Assembly (NCBI GenBank): GCA_965113315.1
Contig: OZ220363.1
DNA: 64,000 nt
DNA from: Podarcis vaucheri
Taxonomy: Eukaryota
Reading direction: 5' to 3' (one strand)
The position numbers were made by a program, and so were the translations under genes. The notes below the pieces were generated by a model. The model worked only from the letters and a program-made list of their open reading frames with translations, had not been told where the DNA came from and did not search any database. Below are positions 51,301-64,000 of the stretch, piece by piece. The first letter of the stretch is position 1. Each line of letters starts with the position of its first letter.

Positions 51301-54300
51301 TTAATTACTGTGTAGAAGAGTGAATTTCAGCTAGATTTTTATGCACAAAGGTGAAGGCAGCCTGTCCTCTTTGCTGTGTGCCCAGCCTACATCTATTATG
51401 GCCTACATCTATTATTCCATAACCAAGACCAATTTCATCAGATGCAAGGCTGCAACTTACAAAACAGTTCAAGCTACCAGAGGCCACACACACAAAGTTC
51501 TGAATGGCTTTTAAAGGCTTTTAAAAAATTCATTAATTTTGAATGTGAAGCTAAGTGCTCTCACTCAATCAAACCAGCAGGAGCGCTGATTGCTGCCTGA
51601 GCATACGCAGCCAGCCTCTGCCACAAACTACTGCCATGGGGTTTGTGTTGGGGCCAATTTATACATTTGATTTCGGCATAATCAATGGTAAATCTTTTCT
51701 CTCTCTTTTTCCAGGAACATACAGGGTGCAAGTGGAGAAATCACATGTTTAATAACTCACTACCTCCTGTTAAAATACTTCAATTTTTGCACATTGAGAA
51801 GGAAAATACTGGAGAGAATTGCTCAGCCTATAGCCTGCTTCCCAAACAAACAAACATATTTTCTGTGTGCAGAGCCATTTTTTCCTTTTCTTTGTTAGGG
51901 AGCATTTAACTATCCAGGCCAAGTGGGACCTGCCCAGCCCTAAAAGGTGGTCATGCCAGCCATCCACCCCCATCCTGAGAGCACAGTACTGGCAGTTCCA
52001 TACATTCAGGATCAAAGCTACTTTGAGTTGGTGCTGCATATCATGGTACAATACAGCAACCCCCCTAAATAGTGGTATAGATGAAATTTCAGTGGCCATG
52101 GTTTGTCGTGGAAGCTTACATCTACTGAATTCTCTCTTCTGCACAATTATTAAAGGTGCAGGGACCCTGTCCTCCTTTGTTGAATCTGACCCAAGGCTGA
52201 GGGAAGGTTTTCCTTAGTAAAGGGAATCAATTCCACATTCTGTAGTTTTTCCTCTCTTTTTGGACTAATGTAGAATCACAACAGATATGCCGCACTGGTT
52301 ACGTATGGAATATAAGCATGGAGCAGCTTGAAGTGATATTTGCTTTCCTGTCAATAGATTTTCAATGCCCCCAACTCATTTCTGCTACCTTTGTAGGGGC
52401 GACCCCAGTCGGCAAATTTTGACTTGCTTTGTTAGCTAGTCAAAATGTCTGGCTGCAAGGACCTTGTTCCTCCTCCCAGGGTTGGAGTCTTGCCCCTGAC
52501 CTCATATTGCCCTTCTGAAGTGTCATTTCAGATGAAGGGACCATTTGCAGCTTCCTTTCCTAGCAGTTGTTCTCTTCCCTGGAGGTACTCAGAGGGCCTC
52601 TGGACAATCCCCACCTCCAATTCAAGTCCTGGGGCTTATTTGAAAGTTCCACCTCTGAGCAGAGTGGCCATTGGGAAGCAGTGCCTGCCCTGCCATTAGG
52701 CTGAGAAAAGCAGCCATTTCAGGCAGTGGATGCTGAGAGAGTGGGGAGAATGATGGCAAGATGCTGGAGGGCTAAGCTGTATGTATGCCATGTGGTGTAC
52801 CCCATTGCCCAGAAACTAGCCTGTTGCTCTCAGGAGCAGTGAAGGACAGTCTCTCATCACCAGTGCTGAGGTAGAATTCAATGCCAGGCTGCTATGTCAG
52901 CTGTGAATGGGCAGTTGGAACCATCTTGTCCTTTGCCTTAGGCAGCAAAATGTCTTGGACTGGCCCTGGATGGGAAAATAGGACAGGGCTCCTGCACCCT
53001 GACTGGTGCTGCTGAATTTTCCTCTTCTACACAACTACTAAAGGTGCAGGAGCACCTTCCTCTTCCACATCTGGTTGCTCTGCTTCTAATATGCTTTGTG
53101 AACCAGAACTACAAGCCCCAATATTTTTCTTTTCTGAGCCAGAGAGGAAGCCTTTTTTTCCACTCCCAGGAAGCAAAGCACCAAAACCTTTCTAACCTTG
53201 GAGTTGGAGAGCAGAATGGGAAAGATTATCCCCAGAGTGCTGTGCTGCACTTCTGAAATGCTCTGAGTATAATTAGTTATAACAAGAATCTCATTCAGCT
53301 CTCACTTTCCCTGCCTGCTATTCAAAATCTCTCCAGATTCTCCTATTCAGAAACTCAAGAGATGTAACTTTATTTTCCCTGTCAATTGACTGCACAGCGT
53401 TTTCATGAAAAGTTCTCGGCCTAAGGTGTTCATTTTGCATTGTTTTTAAACTTATCTATGCCTTTTGCATAGTTTTAAAAACCATTTTAAAGGCACTTTC
53501 AGACAACCTGTTTATTGAGCATACATCCTGATTTGTTTGCAGGCATATTAGGCAATGTTGGCCATTTAATAAACATTCATTAAAATTTGTTTGCAGGGAG
53601 GTTAGGCAACTCTGTATCAAAACAAGGGATACACAACACTTTCCGGGGCTTTCCCCCACAATTTTCCTGATGGAAAAAGTCTTATCTTTAGGGCAAGCGG
53701 ATTTCTGGGTCAAGGCCTCTCAATCAACTAGAATTGTGCAACCTGGATTTGCCAACATGTGATTGAAATCCCATTCAAAGTGCACTGAATTGTTTTTATT
53801 GTATGTTTGTAAGTCGCCTTGAGACTTGTGTGAAAGTTGACTAATGATAATAATAATAATATCTGGCTCTGGGTGAGTATTGCCAGCTTCATTGGGTGTG
53901 TTTGGTGGACACCCTTCCTCGTCTCTCCCCCCCCCCTTGCCCTGAAGGTGGTGAAACATGTCAGGAGCCAGTGGGAGTGGGGAGAGAGAAGAAGGCGGCC
54001 ATGTTCTCAGGCATGAGACGGCAACACTCAGAGAAAAGCCTAGATGCCTGAGGAGGGTTCAGTGCAATGTTCTAGTGTAAGCACTATATTTACTCCCCTT
54101 GTGGGCCTGGCACTTGCCCTCTGCCTGGTGTGTAACACAAGCTCTGGCTGCCCCGCTAGAATCTGAGGGGCTGGCACATTCCGTCGCAAAAATAGCCACC
54201 AAACCCCAAGCGAGAGGCTGACTGACTGGACAGCTGCAACAGACAGAGCCGTCACACAGAAACTGGGACTAGCAATGCATTTGGGACGTGCCGCCCCCTC

Positions 54301-55203
54301 CCCCCGGCAGCATGTGGAGGGGTTGTTCTTGGCCCAGGGATGCTTCCAGTTGGACAGCGCCAAAGTCACTCAGTTTGACACATCTGGAGGGCAAGGAGAC
54401 CATTTTGACTACCACTTATGCCGGATTTTAGTCCACTTATCCGCTTGTGCTTCTGATGAGGAGGAGAAATGGGGGTTGCACTATGGCATGAAGACGTTAT
54501 AAAAGCAGAGAAAGAGCAATAATGTAAAACACATGCTTTTTGACTGTCTTGGTCTTGAGGTGCAACCGTGCTATTAGATCCTTAACTGATAGGGTGGGAA
54601 CTCAAATGGGTTCAGTGTCCAATAGGGTGCAATAAGCAGGCTATCCGAACCCTGTTCTCCAGCTACGTTAATAGCTCCCTGGCAGTCATGCACATCTGTA
54701 CAATAGAAGTCCTGTCAGTGACTTGTTTGGAAAGAGGTTGTGCCTTTTGAACTATGAATCTTGATAGATCCGAAACCTTTGCATCACTTTGGAACTATTT
54801 AGTTTATTAGCCACATCTTTGCATTTGTATTTCAGCAGTCCTAAGCAGGACTTAGGACACAGGCCCAGGACACAAATTTGCATTAACACTTGCATGTGCT
54901 AATTTATATGTCTGCTCAGGCATCCCCAACATTGTGCTTTGCAGTACACCCAGCTTCCCTGTAAGCAAAGTGAAAACATGAATCGCTGGCTTTTTAAAAG
55001 AGGAGGAAGAGGCAGAAGATACAGGGCACAATGCAAAATGCTGGGGCTAAGTCCCTTATAACCCAGACTCTTTCCCCAAAGTGTTTAGGATTTAAATTGC
55101 TGTTTTTAATTTGCGGATATCTAGGATGGGAAAAAATAGCAGATTTTAATATAGTCTACAAAACTCAGAGGGAAGGGGTGTGTGTATGTGTGTGTCTGTC
55201 TAC

Positions 55204-55266
55204 ATCAATCAATCAATCAATCAATCAATCTATCTATCTATCTATCTATCTATCATCTATCTATCA
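55204..55266. repeat. (ATCA)n(ATCT)n compound tetranucleotide microsatellite
   Basis: Read directly from the sequence. Confidence 0.97.
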
Positions 55267-56733
55267 TCACTCTTGTTATGTCATTTCCTTGGGCATCTTG
55301 GTAATAAGTTGATTTCTTTTTTTAAAAGAAAGAGAATGGAAACCTTGGAGTTATCCCATTTTATCCTCACATCAAACCTGTGAAGCAGGCTAAATACCAC
55401 CCAATTGTGATTGGAGCTTCCTTTCTCTCAGGGAAGAAGAAGGAAAGCAAACTGTTTCAACACAGCATGACATGCAACACCTGTGGGGCATTAGAAGTGA
55501 GGCTACATCTGCAGCAGGGGCGTATGTATAGTTTGCCCATACATACTCCTGCCCACCTTCGATCAAAGTCAGCATGTTATTAGTAGAGGTCTCCACAAGG
55601 GGAGTTTTGACACTTTTGAGCATCCAGTCTAGAAAAACATCCTGATGCTGGTTAGTCAACAAAAGCAAAATCGAGCCGATTATATCAGTAGGGACAATGC
55701 TGGGAACACATAATGAATCATATTATGAGGAGTTTGGGGGATCGGTCTGGGCTCCTTCCAAATCTTGGGATCTGGGTGTGGGGATTTGGTGGAATGTATA
55801 AGAGCAAGCTTGCCAAAGCAGTTCCTTTGTCAAGGTAAGTGCCATAAACAAAGAAGAACAAAAGCCAGAGAAATGTGTGAGAGCTGAGCTGGGAGCTGGA
55901 GGCAGAGAGAGACATGTTTTTGCTCTGTGTTGGATTCAGAGCTGTAACTAATTGAGAAGCAAGTGTGAATGCTGTGAGCTCCTCCATCTTATGCTCGGGT
56001 TGCACTTACGTGCAAATCAAACCATATAGCCTAAAAACACCGCAGTTGACCTTCATTCCATGGAAACTGAACACTGGATAAGTGGTGGAACTCCTGGAGT
56101 CTCTTACTGCTCAGAGGCTGAGTTGGCATTTAACAGTATGAACCATATGAAACAAAGAAAAGTGATCAAGCACAGCAGGTGCAGAGAGGATCAATGATAA
56201 TCTAAGGCGTGTGGGAAGCCTATCTGTGTTTGTAGCATGGAAAAGCAGATCAAAGAAGAGCTAACCCTAATCTCCTGTCTAGGCAGCTAGTCCTGGGTAC
56301 TAAAAAAAAATAATAAAAAATAACAACTGAGAAGAATGTAGAGACTGCCAGCATGGGTCAACACTGGAATACAGTCTGCAATGAGATGTGAAATAGCATA
56401 TATGGCATCTTTCGCTATTAAATAATTATAACAAACCCATACACATTTAGGATTAGGAAACATGGCCTCTAGCGCAGAGGATGTTACATATGGGAATTTT
56501 CACACACACAAATTTGGTAACAGAAACGGCAACAAACCCACCACCTCTTTTTCATTGTACCTAATCCTTTCTTCAACACATGCACACACAACTTGCTCAC
56601 TCTTGCACAAAATTACAGTGCACATATGCCAGGATATCCACACATAAACACATGTTCTCCCCGATCCCTACATCCTGGTCATGCACAAACACACACCCAT
56701 TGGGGTACACATTTACTGAGATCTACTGTTCTG

Positions 56734-56974
56734 CCAACCTGGCAGTTCAAAAGCATGCCAAAGTGCAAGTAGATAAATAGGTACCGCTCCGGCGGGAAGG
56801 TAAACAGTGTTTCCATGCGCTGCTCTGGTTCGCCAGAAGCAGCTTAGTCATGCTGGCCACATGACCTGGAAGCTGTATGCCGGCTCCCTCGGCCAATAAA
56901 GCGAGATGAGCGCCGCAACCCCAGAGTCGGTCACGACTGGACCTAATGGTCAGGGGTCCCTTTACCTTTAGCTT
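56734..56974 (+). mobile_element. Sauria SINE, 5'-truncated
   Basis: Characteristic body (aaataggtaccgctccggcgggaagg...gctggccacatgacc...gagatgagcgcc...) and (ccttta)n tail, flanked by the direct repeat tactgttctg (56724-56733 / 56975-56984). Confidence 0.9.
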
Positions 56975-59900
56975 TACTGTTCTGTTAGATAAGCCCTTCT
57001 GGTGGAAAAGGAAAGTTTGTCACCTCGTACCCCTCCAATTTTCTCTTTTAATTCTCTAGTGACAGTTTGGTGGGGGTTATTTGTCAGCAAGGGAACAGGG
57101 TGAACTCAGGCAGAGCCACACCATACATTTAAAGCACATTCAATACACATTTCAAGAACATAGCTTTCCCCCAAAGAATCCTGGGAACTGTAGTTTGCTA
57201 AGGGTGTGCGGAATTGTAGCTCCTTGAGGGCTTGATTGACAAGTTAAATGTTAAAGAGTGCCACTGTCCTGTTCTCTTTTTCACATGGTCAATCTACATT
57301 ACCTTCTGAAGAGAGAGGCCCACTGTCTCAGTTTGCCCTAGAGAAGGCATGACCTACACTGGATTAAACTCAATGCTTTTCTGTGAAGGCTGCCACTCCC
57401 CTGCCCCCCTGCTTCTGGCAGTCATTTTGTGCTGGCGCCTACAACACTTTTATCATGATCTGTATCAGCACCTTACTTTTGACCAAAACACTAATTAGAC
57501 TGGATTATTCAATTGTTTTCATTTTTCTGGTGTTAATTGCCCCCAAGCAATTGAGGGGGTCTCTGCTTAGAAAAGCACACCATGCCTATCATAGAATAGA
57601 CCTACCTTTTCAGAAACCTGCAAATCTCAACTTTCTCCTCACAATTAGCAGCTCTCTTGTTGCAGAGAGAGTGGGTGAGTGATTCATGTCAAAGCCTCAG
57701 AACAAGCAGGTGTGGAGAACTCAAAGCCGAGGATCTGAGGACTCACCACATTCCTGGAGGGGGACAACATAAATAGGCTGCCCAGGTAGTTTTACTGGCA
57801 CTTAGTCTTGTTCCACCCATTGCAGATTAGACATGGGTCACTCCCCTTTTGGTCTTTCCATTCTTTAGCAGAGTGCAGACTTCTTGCACCTTATAGACTT
57901 CACTCCTTAGCCATTCTAGCCTCACATTCACTATATGATACTCTTATTTCTCTCCCCCCTCCCCTTATGATCTGACTTATTCACACTATCACTTGACCCA
58001 TATATTGACCATCTTGTGTACTGATCAATTCTCCCAGGTATAAAAGCTTTCTCATTCCTCCACAGCTGTTCCTTGTTAAAATCCTATCTTAGCTGCTGAA
58101 CTGAAGCTCAGTTAAGCAAAATCTTCAGATTTTCTATGCATCTGATAAGATCCACTTCAGCGGGCAAGATTGGATTTTCACAACGCATAGCTTCAGAACA
58201 ACGAGAAACGCGCTCCAAGCTGGGAGAAGTGATCAATACACAATACAGTCAAAATATGGGTCAAGCAAATGTGTGGGTGAGCCCCTTGTCTCATCTTTTC
58301 AGCAAATGCCTTGGCCCAACTCTCTGAAGATCCAGCTTCTTCTCCTCCTTTTTGAGAGCATGTTAATATTTCTTTGCCTCCATTGTACTCCGACTGCTAG
58401 TTTGCGAAACCGCACTTACAAGACCTTAGCCACAAGCCCTATGAATCCTTTAGCTCAAAGCACTTTTTCTTCAAACCAGTTTCCAATTGACCAGAAAACT
58501 TGCCTTAAGATGCTTGAGACAGGTGCCAACCATGGTACCTCTCAGAGGATTCCCCGAGAAGGATCTGAAATTGGATCTCCCACTCCACACACACCCTCTT
58601 TAAAACAGCTTGGTGGGGGACTGTTTTCAATCAGCGCAGTGGTGGGGATCTTTAAGCTCTTCCCTTGTCTTATTTCCCATATGTACCTCACCCCCTTCCC
58701 TTCTACAGAAGGAAACAAGGCAAGTACCTGTATGATGGAATCATGGAGTTGGCAGGGACATCAAAGATCCAACCCCTGCCAATGTAGAAAATCTGCTACA
58801 GCAATCCCTGGTCAGTTGGGTGCCTCCCCCACCCTGTAGAGTCAATTACGGGTTTTGAGGAGTCATTAGGCTGGGGAAACAGTGGGAGGGGGAGCATTAA
58901 AACTGCTCCAGTCAGACTATGCATGTGTGCGTGTGTACATACCCTGTACATACACATTTGCTTTAAAGGGAAAGCATGAGAAACCTAGTCACACTCTACC
59001 TCACATCAAGAAAGGGAAGAGCAGGGCATAGGCAATGTGGATTGCGGAGGGGAAAGGGCAGAAGGCCCTGCAGCTGCATCCTGTTTTGGTGCCTCAGAAC
59101 ACTGAAAGGCAGAGGCACTTTTTTCCAAATGAGAACTTGGCACCTGTTCTAATGCAACCTAAGGCCCCTTTTCTGCCCTTCTGCCCCTGTTTTCACATGT
59201 ACATTTGAACAAATAAAGATGGCTAGCCAGAAAATACAAGTGCATAGATATGTATGCATTTGCAAACGTGCATACGGGTTTGTTAAAGCACTGTGGTTTT
59301 GATCCTTTGCTTCCAGGCAAATACCTGCACAGTTTATTGTGCTGGCTGTGGTCCACAGCCTGGCAGCTGTCCAGTTTCAAACCTCTTCTTTCCGTAGAGC
59401 CTCTTGAGGCAGGCAAATGACTTGCCTATGATGCTGTGCTCCCAAAAAATGCTGTCCCAGTGCTGACACCTGAAAAATTCAGGTCCCCATGTCACCCTCC
59501 ATAAAAGAGTAACTATCTCAGATGTGGGATCTCCACCCACCCAGTATAACTACGTAGGACAATGGCAAAGGTACCAGGAGATCAATCATCACCTGGCACA
59601 GAAACTCTGAGCCTCACCAGCAATGTTGCTCGCTGCTACGTTTTCTTCTCTGCTCCTGCAGAGCCATGATGCTGTCTTGTCCCACGTATGGGTCCTCAAT
59701 CCCATAATTATGAAGGGGACAGTTGTGCCAGCATGCCAACCCCTCCCTGCTTCCCTTGTTAAGCTAATCAGCCCTGAAGTCAGCACCTGTGAAGGTTGGC
59801 AAGGCAGAGCAGAGCACAGGACTAGGTGTTCTTGCAAGGTTTGTCCCCAAGGATGGCACTGCAGCATGGATACAAAAAGGCTGGGCACCAAGTCAGAAAG

Positions 59901-60254
59901 AGAGAGAGAGAGAGAGAGATGAAAAGGACCAGGTGAGTCCTTGGCAAATGAGGAGTTAGTGCGGAAAGGCTGCAGGAGGAGGAGAGTGAAGGGCGATGGA
60001 ATGAGAGCACTGTTGACGGCTGCCAAAGGGAAGGGGCCGAAGGAGAAGGGTGCACATAGCAAGGACACAAAGGGCTGGCTTAAAATAAAAATTAAAACCA
60101 GGCTCCAGAGAGGGACTTTGGCTGAAAACTCCAATAAGGTATTGGCCACGTTGAATAGAGGTGGCGTAGCAGTGTGGTGAGGAGTGTCAGCTGGAGCCAA
60201 GCAGGCCATGGCTTGAATTTCAGCGCAGGCAGTGATCTTGTTTATGTGGCCTCA

Positions 60255-60443
60255 CAGCTCCATGGCAGGACACCTGGTTTGCATGCAGAAGGTCCTAGGT
60301 CCAGGCCCTGTCATCGCCATTGGAAAGGATCAGGGGGTAGGTAGTGGTGGAAGGGCCTCCATCTGAGACCCTGAGTCATTATCAGACATAGACAGGCTGG
60401 GTGGACAAATAGCCTGCCCTGGTCGAAGGCAGCTTCCTATGTC
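60255..60443 (+). mobile_element. Degenerate squamate tRNA-related SINE
   Basis: ttgcatgcagaaggtcc head and aaggcagcttcctatgt tail. Confidence 0.6.
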
Positions 60444-61591
60444 TCCCTAAGCCATCATCTCTCTCCACCTGGAGACACCACGTCACAGCAAATGATGCCA
60501 GCTGAGGCCCAAGAGTACCTTTGTTTCTGCACCTACAATGGCAGCCACCATAGCAATTTTCCCAAATCGTGATGGCCCAAGTGTTTTGTCATTCTGTGGC
60601 ATTCTGGGTAAAAAGCACATGGTGGCCATCAGATAATTTTCTTCTTCTACCCCACTGTACTGCAGAACAATTGCATTGGGGGGAGGCATTGTGTTTTGGG
60701 AAAACAGGGGCTGCCTCCAGACTGTCAGTATTTTGTGGGAGGTTTTCAAGCAGGCAGATTAGATGAAAACTTATCTCCCACCCAGCCCAAATCATGATGA
60801 AGCTTAATTATATCACTTCAAATGTGGAATTATCAGTGTCCCTAAATGTACTTTAACTGTACAGTGCGAATGTGACCAATGTAGTCCCTGATCATGTTAG
60901 CTGTTGGTCTTTCCTTTCTGCTACCCCTTCCTTCTGACAATAAACAAGAAATTCTGGGACTGGGAGTCCCTGGGAGAGCATTTCACACAGGGCACAGATC
61001 TCTCTGTCTCTCAAATGAGAATTCCTAGTTTAACTGCACAAGCACACACTCGGTTCTAAAGAAGAGATGGGGCCATGACTCACTGTTCAGAATATTACTT
61101 GTTTTGCTCAAGCACTGCTTTTGATTGGCTCCAGTAAAAACCCCAAAAGATCTGGACAGTAGGTGCACAGCTACAGGGAAATCAGCTTGCACAAACATTG
61201 CCAAGCGTTATCTACAATTTAGCTTCAGCTTCCCGGCAACCTGAGCTGGGGTCCCCTGGATCTCTGATCCCCAATAAAGTGCTTCTTTCCTCCTCATGCT
61301 TGGATCCTGCCTCTGGGTTGAAAATGGGGTGGGGTTGGTGGCATAAACAAAATGAGATGTCCATCCTCTTCTTCCTCAGACTATTACAATCCATAGCATC
61401 TGGCTGGTCATGGTTAGGAACGAAAAAGGTTCTGATCCAGAAAGGTAACTTGTACATTTTGGATAAAGGTGGTCTAATTGACATCAGCAGTAGGATTCCC
61501 CCCACCCCCAGAAGACTCTTGTTTTATCAGTACCAACCAGACCCCTACCTAATACCGTGGGATACTCTTAGTAGAAGCCCTGGATTAGTAT

Positions 61592-61738
61592 CATAGAATC
61601 ATGGAAGGGATTCTCAGGGTCATTATTTGGTCCAGCCCCCTGCAATGCTGGAATCCAGCCAGCCCACAGCCATCCTTGGGTGGGCCTGAACTGCCAGCCT
61701 TCTGGTTAATAGCCAGATGCATGGACCCATTGCGCCAC
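61592..61738 (-). mobile_element. tRNA-derived SINE with CR1-like tail
   Basis: catagaatcatggaaggga...cccacagccatcc...ccattgcgccac. Confidence 0.7.
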
Positions 61739-61952
61739 ACCACCTAGTTCTACATTACTACTTCTGCACTGAACAATGATTGTTCTTAAGGAAAATAGGC
61801 AGGAAAGGGCAACTTCTAACTTTGAGGATCAGATGTGGGCAAAGTGGGGTGGTTTACCCAAGCAGTGGATGCTGAGGGCAGGGAGCAGAGTTTAAGTACT
61901 GGAGCTGTGTGTACCTTGCGTCCTGCCCTGCACCCAAAAGCTAGCCTGGTGC

Positions 61953-62231
61953 CAGGGGAAGCCGGTCCATGATTAGGTCAAATGGCAACTGCCCCCACCA
62001 ACCTCAGCCTGCCCTTATCGAGCTCACACTCGCCTGCGTTTACTTGCAACCAGTCCAGGGGTCTGGCTATCGCCATCCTCTTCCTTGGTCTTATGGTTGT
62101 CCCTTGTAGAAATCAGCAGGTGGAGTCCAAAACAGAATTAAGTGGCTCTGCCTGTCATTGGCTCTAGCTCCACCTACTGCTGGCCTCCTGCATTACACCT
62201 TATCAGTCCCAATAGACAGCAGTCACCACTG
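61953..62231. mobile_element. Second copy of the ~290-bp hAT-type element (opposite orientation)
   Basis: Colinear by eye with the reverse complement of 8976-9267 (e.g. ctctgcctgtcattggctctagctccacc); ends in caccactg. Confidence 0.65.
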
Positions 62232-62332
62232 CCTGCCTGATGCCCTGCGGTGCAGGGGAGGGTGCTGTGAGTACTGAAGTAAGATCAAGCTGCCAGTCTC
62301 GTTGGCTTGTGGTAATGAAATGGAATGGGCCA

Positions 62333-62458
62333 CTGGAATAGCTCAACTGGTAGAACATGAGAAGCTCAGGGTTGTGGGTTTGAACCCCGTGTTGGGCAAA
62401 ATCTTTCTGCACTGCAGGGGATTGAAAAAGATGACCCTTCCAGTTCTATGATTCTATG
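62333..62458 (+). mobile_element. tRNA-derived SINE with CR1-like (attctatg)n tail
   Basis: A-box tagctcaactgg, B-box-like ggtttgaaccc, tail ttctatgattctatg. Confidence 0.75.
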
Positions 62459-64000
62459 CTGCTTGCTGGGACCAGGATGTGGCAGGGCAGCAGCAGGGGT
62501 AGGCATGTCCCAAGTTGACAGCTGTGGGTCCAGGTGTGTGCACACTTATGCCTGCCACCACCATCAATCCACCTCACCTCACCCCAAGTTGGTCCTGCTG
62601 AGTGGCAGCACCGCCTCCACCTCATGCACTCCACCTCATGCAACTTGCAATTGGCAAGATGTCCGGGGCCAGTCCTGGGAGGATTGTGCATGAGGTGGGA
62701 ATTGAATTGACCCACATACTAACAGCAACAACACTTTTGCTTTTTATTGTCCCCCCTCAGACATTGTGCGCGCTTAAGTAGAGCCCTGCCGGATCAGTAG
62801 CCAACCAGATGCCTATAGGAAGCCTGCATGCAGGAACATATACATGGAGGTCAGAGCATGATGACATTGCTGGCCTCACGCCCAACATCCATGTGGCACC
62901 TTCTATGTGTCTTGGAAGTCCAGACACCTGCCTAGGGAAAGTCTATGTGCGAACAGCTGTTCACACATAGGCTCCCACGTGATCAGAGACCCTGGCTGCA
63001 CAGGGTTTCTTACGATGTAGAACTTTCCCCATGCAGACAGCCCATGCACGAGTATCCAGAGGGCATGGCCAGAGCCATGCAATATGTTGGGGCTGAGGCC
63101 AGCAGTGCAGTCCTGTTGCTTTCTTCCTCTGTGTGTAGGTTCTCTACACATAAAGAACACCTGAATGGGATAATTGCTAAGCAACATTGAAAGCAGGGGC
63201 ATTGCTAGGCGGTATTTAAAAGATTCAGGGCACAGGCCCATGACACGCATTTGCAAACAACAACAAACACCTATATGCCAAATTGTATGTACAGTACAGA
63301 TGTGGATGGTGGGTGGGCGTAATCTCACCAGCCCTGGGGTCTGCAGTGTGCCCAGCTGTCCTGTAAGCAAAGTAAATTCCTTCCTCCAGTGGCAGCAGAG
63401 CAGCCTTAAATCTGCATTGCAAACCTACATTGTGTTAAGAGAAACAGTGACGGGGGGGGGGATCTATAGCCCTCCAAGAGGCTGTTAGCCTACAATTCCC
63501 ATTAACCCTGGGCATTGGCTGTACTGACTAGGACTGATGGGAATTATAGTCACAGGGTCTAGAGGACGACAGATTCCCCATCCCTGCTGTAGGTTCTTTC
63601 CCATAAGAACCATTCATTTGTTCCTTGCACACTGCATTCAAGTTCACAAACAAATGAACATAATGGGTGGGAGCCAGAGGAGCAGCAACATTGTGGGCAG
63701 GAGTTGTCTCCCTGTGATGGAGGAAAAGGTTTCATACCCTCCATCACCAAGCACATAAGGTAACATTAGAGATGGGCCTTCCACCCTTAGGCCTAATCCG
63801 TGCGATCCTTCCCTCTTACAGGGAGGAAAGCAACATTATGCTCGGTTAGCCTCACATCATCTTATATGGTGGTGAGTGGGGAACCCTTCAGCATAAGAAA
63901 AATGGCTGACTCAACCAGGTAAGACTGAACTCCTCTATGTTTTTTCTCTGTTACCAGTATCTCTGGAACCGAAATCGTTAGGCCTTGTTACAAAACATTT

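Noticed and set aside
54341-54361. Full RE1/NRSE silencer
   Set aside because: Only the right half-site matches; the TTCAGCACC half is absent
58273-60209. 188-aa and 206-aa ORFs upstream
   Set aside because: No domain similarity or convincing splice context; the 206-aa ORF includes microsatellite-derived runs
62333-62400. tRNA-like A/B boxes
   Set aside because: No full cloverleaf, and followed by a CR1-like tail, so it is a SINE head rather than a tRNA gene

Overview
This is vertebrate DNA, most likely from a lizard: a Sauria SINE and other squamate-type repeats point to a lacertid. The window is dominated by the 5' half of SPEG (striated muscle preferentially expressed protein kinase locus) on the minus strand. 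I traced a frame-consistent chain of 18 coding exons from 41910 down to the window edge. It starts with two short alternative first exons (MKKIWVKKRLQ and the 40-nt KGGHSRRFGRFTH exon) off a CpG island, then the long Pro/Ser/Arg-rich exon, several I-set Ig exons and an FN3 domain. The kinase domains lie beyond position 1. A separate alternative terminal exon with its own AATAAA (about 13355-14324) gives short APEG-1/BPEG-type isoforms. The canonical Ig-containing SPEG exon 1 was not found. Notable details: a GC-AG intron with an RBFOX motif cluster, a candidate 70-nt poison exon, an MBNL/QKI motif block before the short-isoform terminal exon, loss of the APEG-1 RGD motif, a compact E-box/CArG/MEF2 enhancer candidate, and many MITE/SINE/LINE insertions, some nested or with perfect TSDs. 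There is no prokaryotic system, CRISPR array or RNA gene. Exon numbers and all comparisons with mammalian SPEG come from memory, not from an alignment run here.
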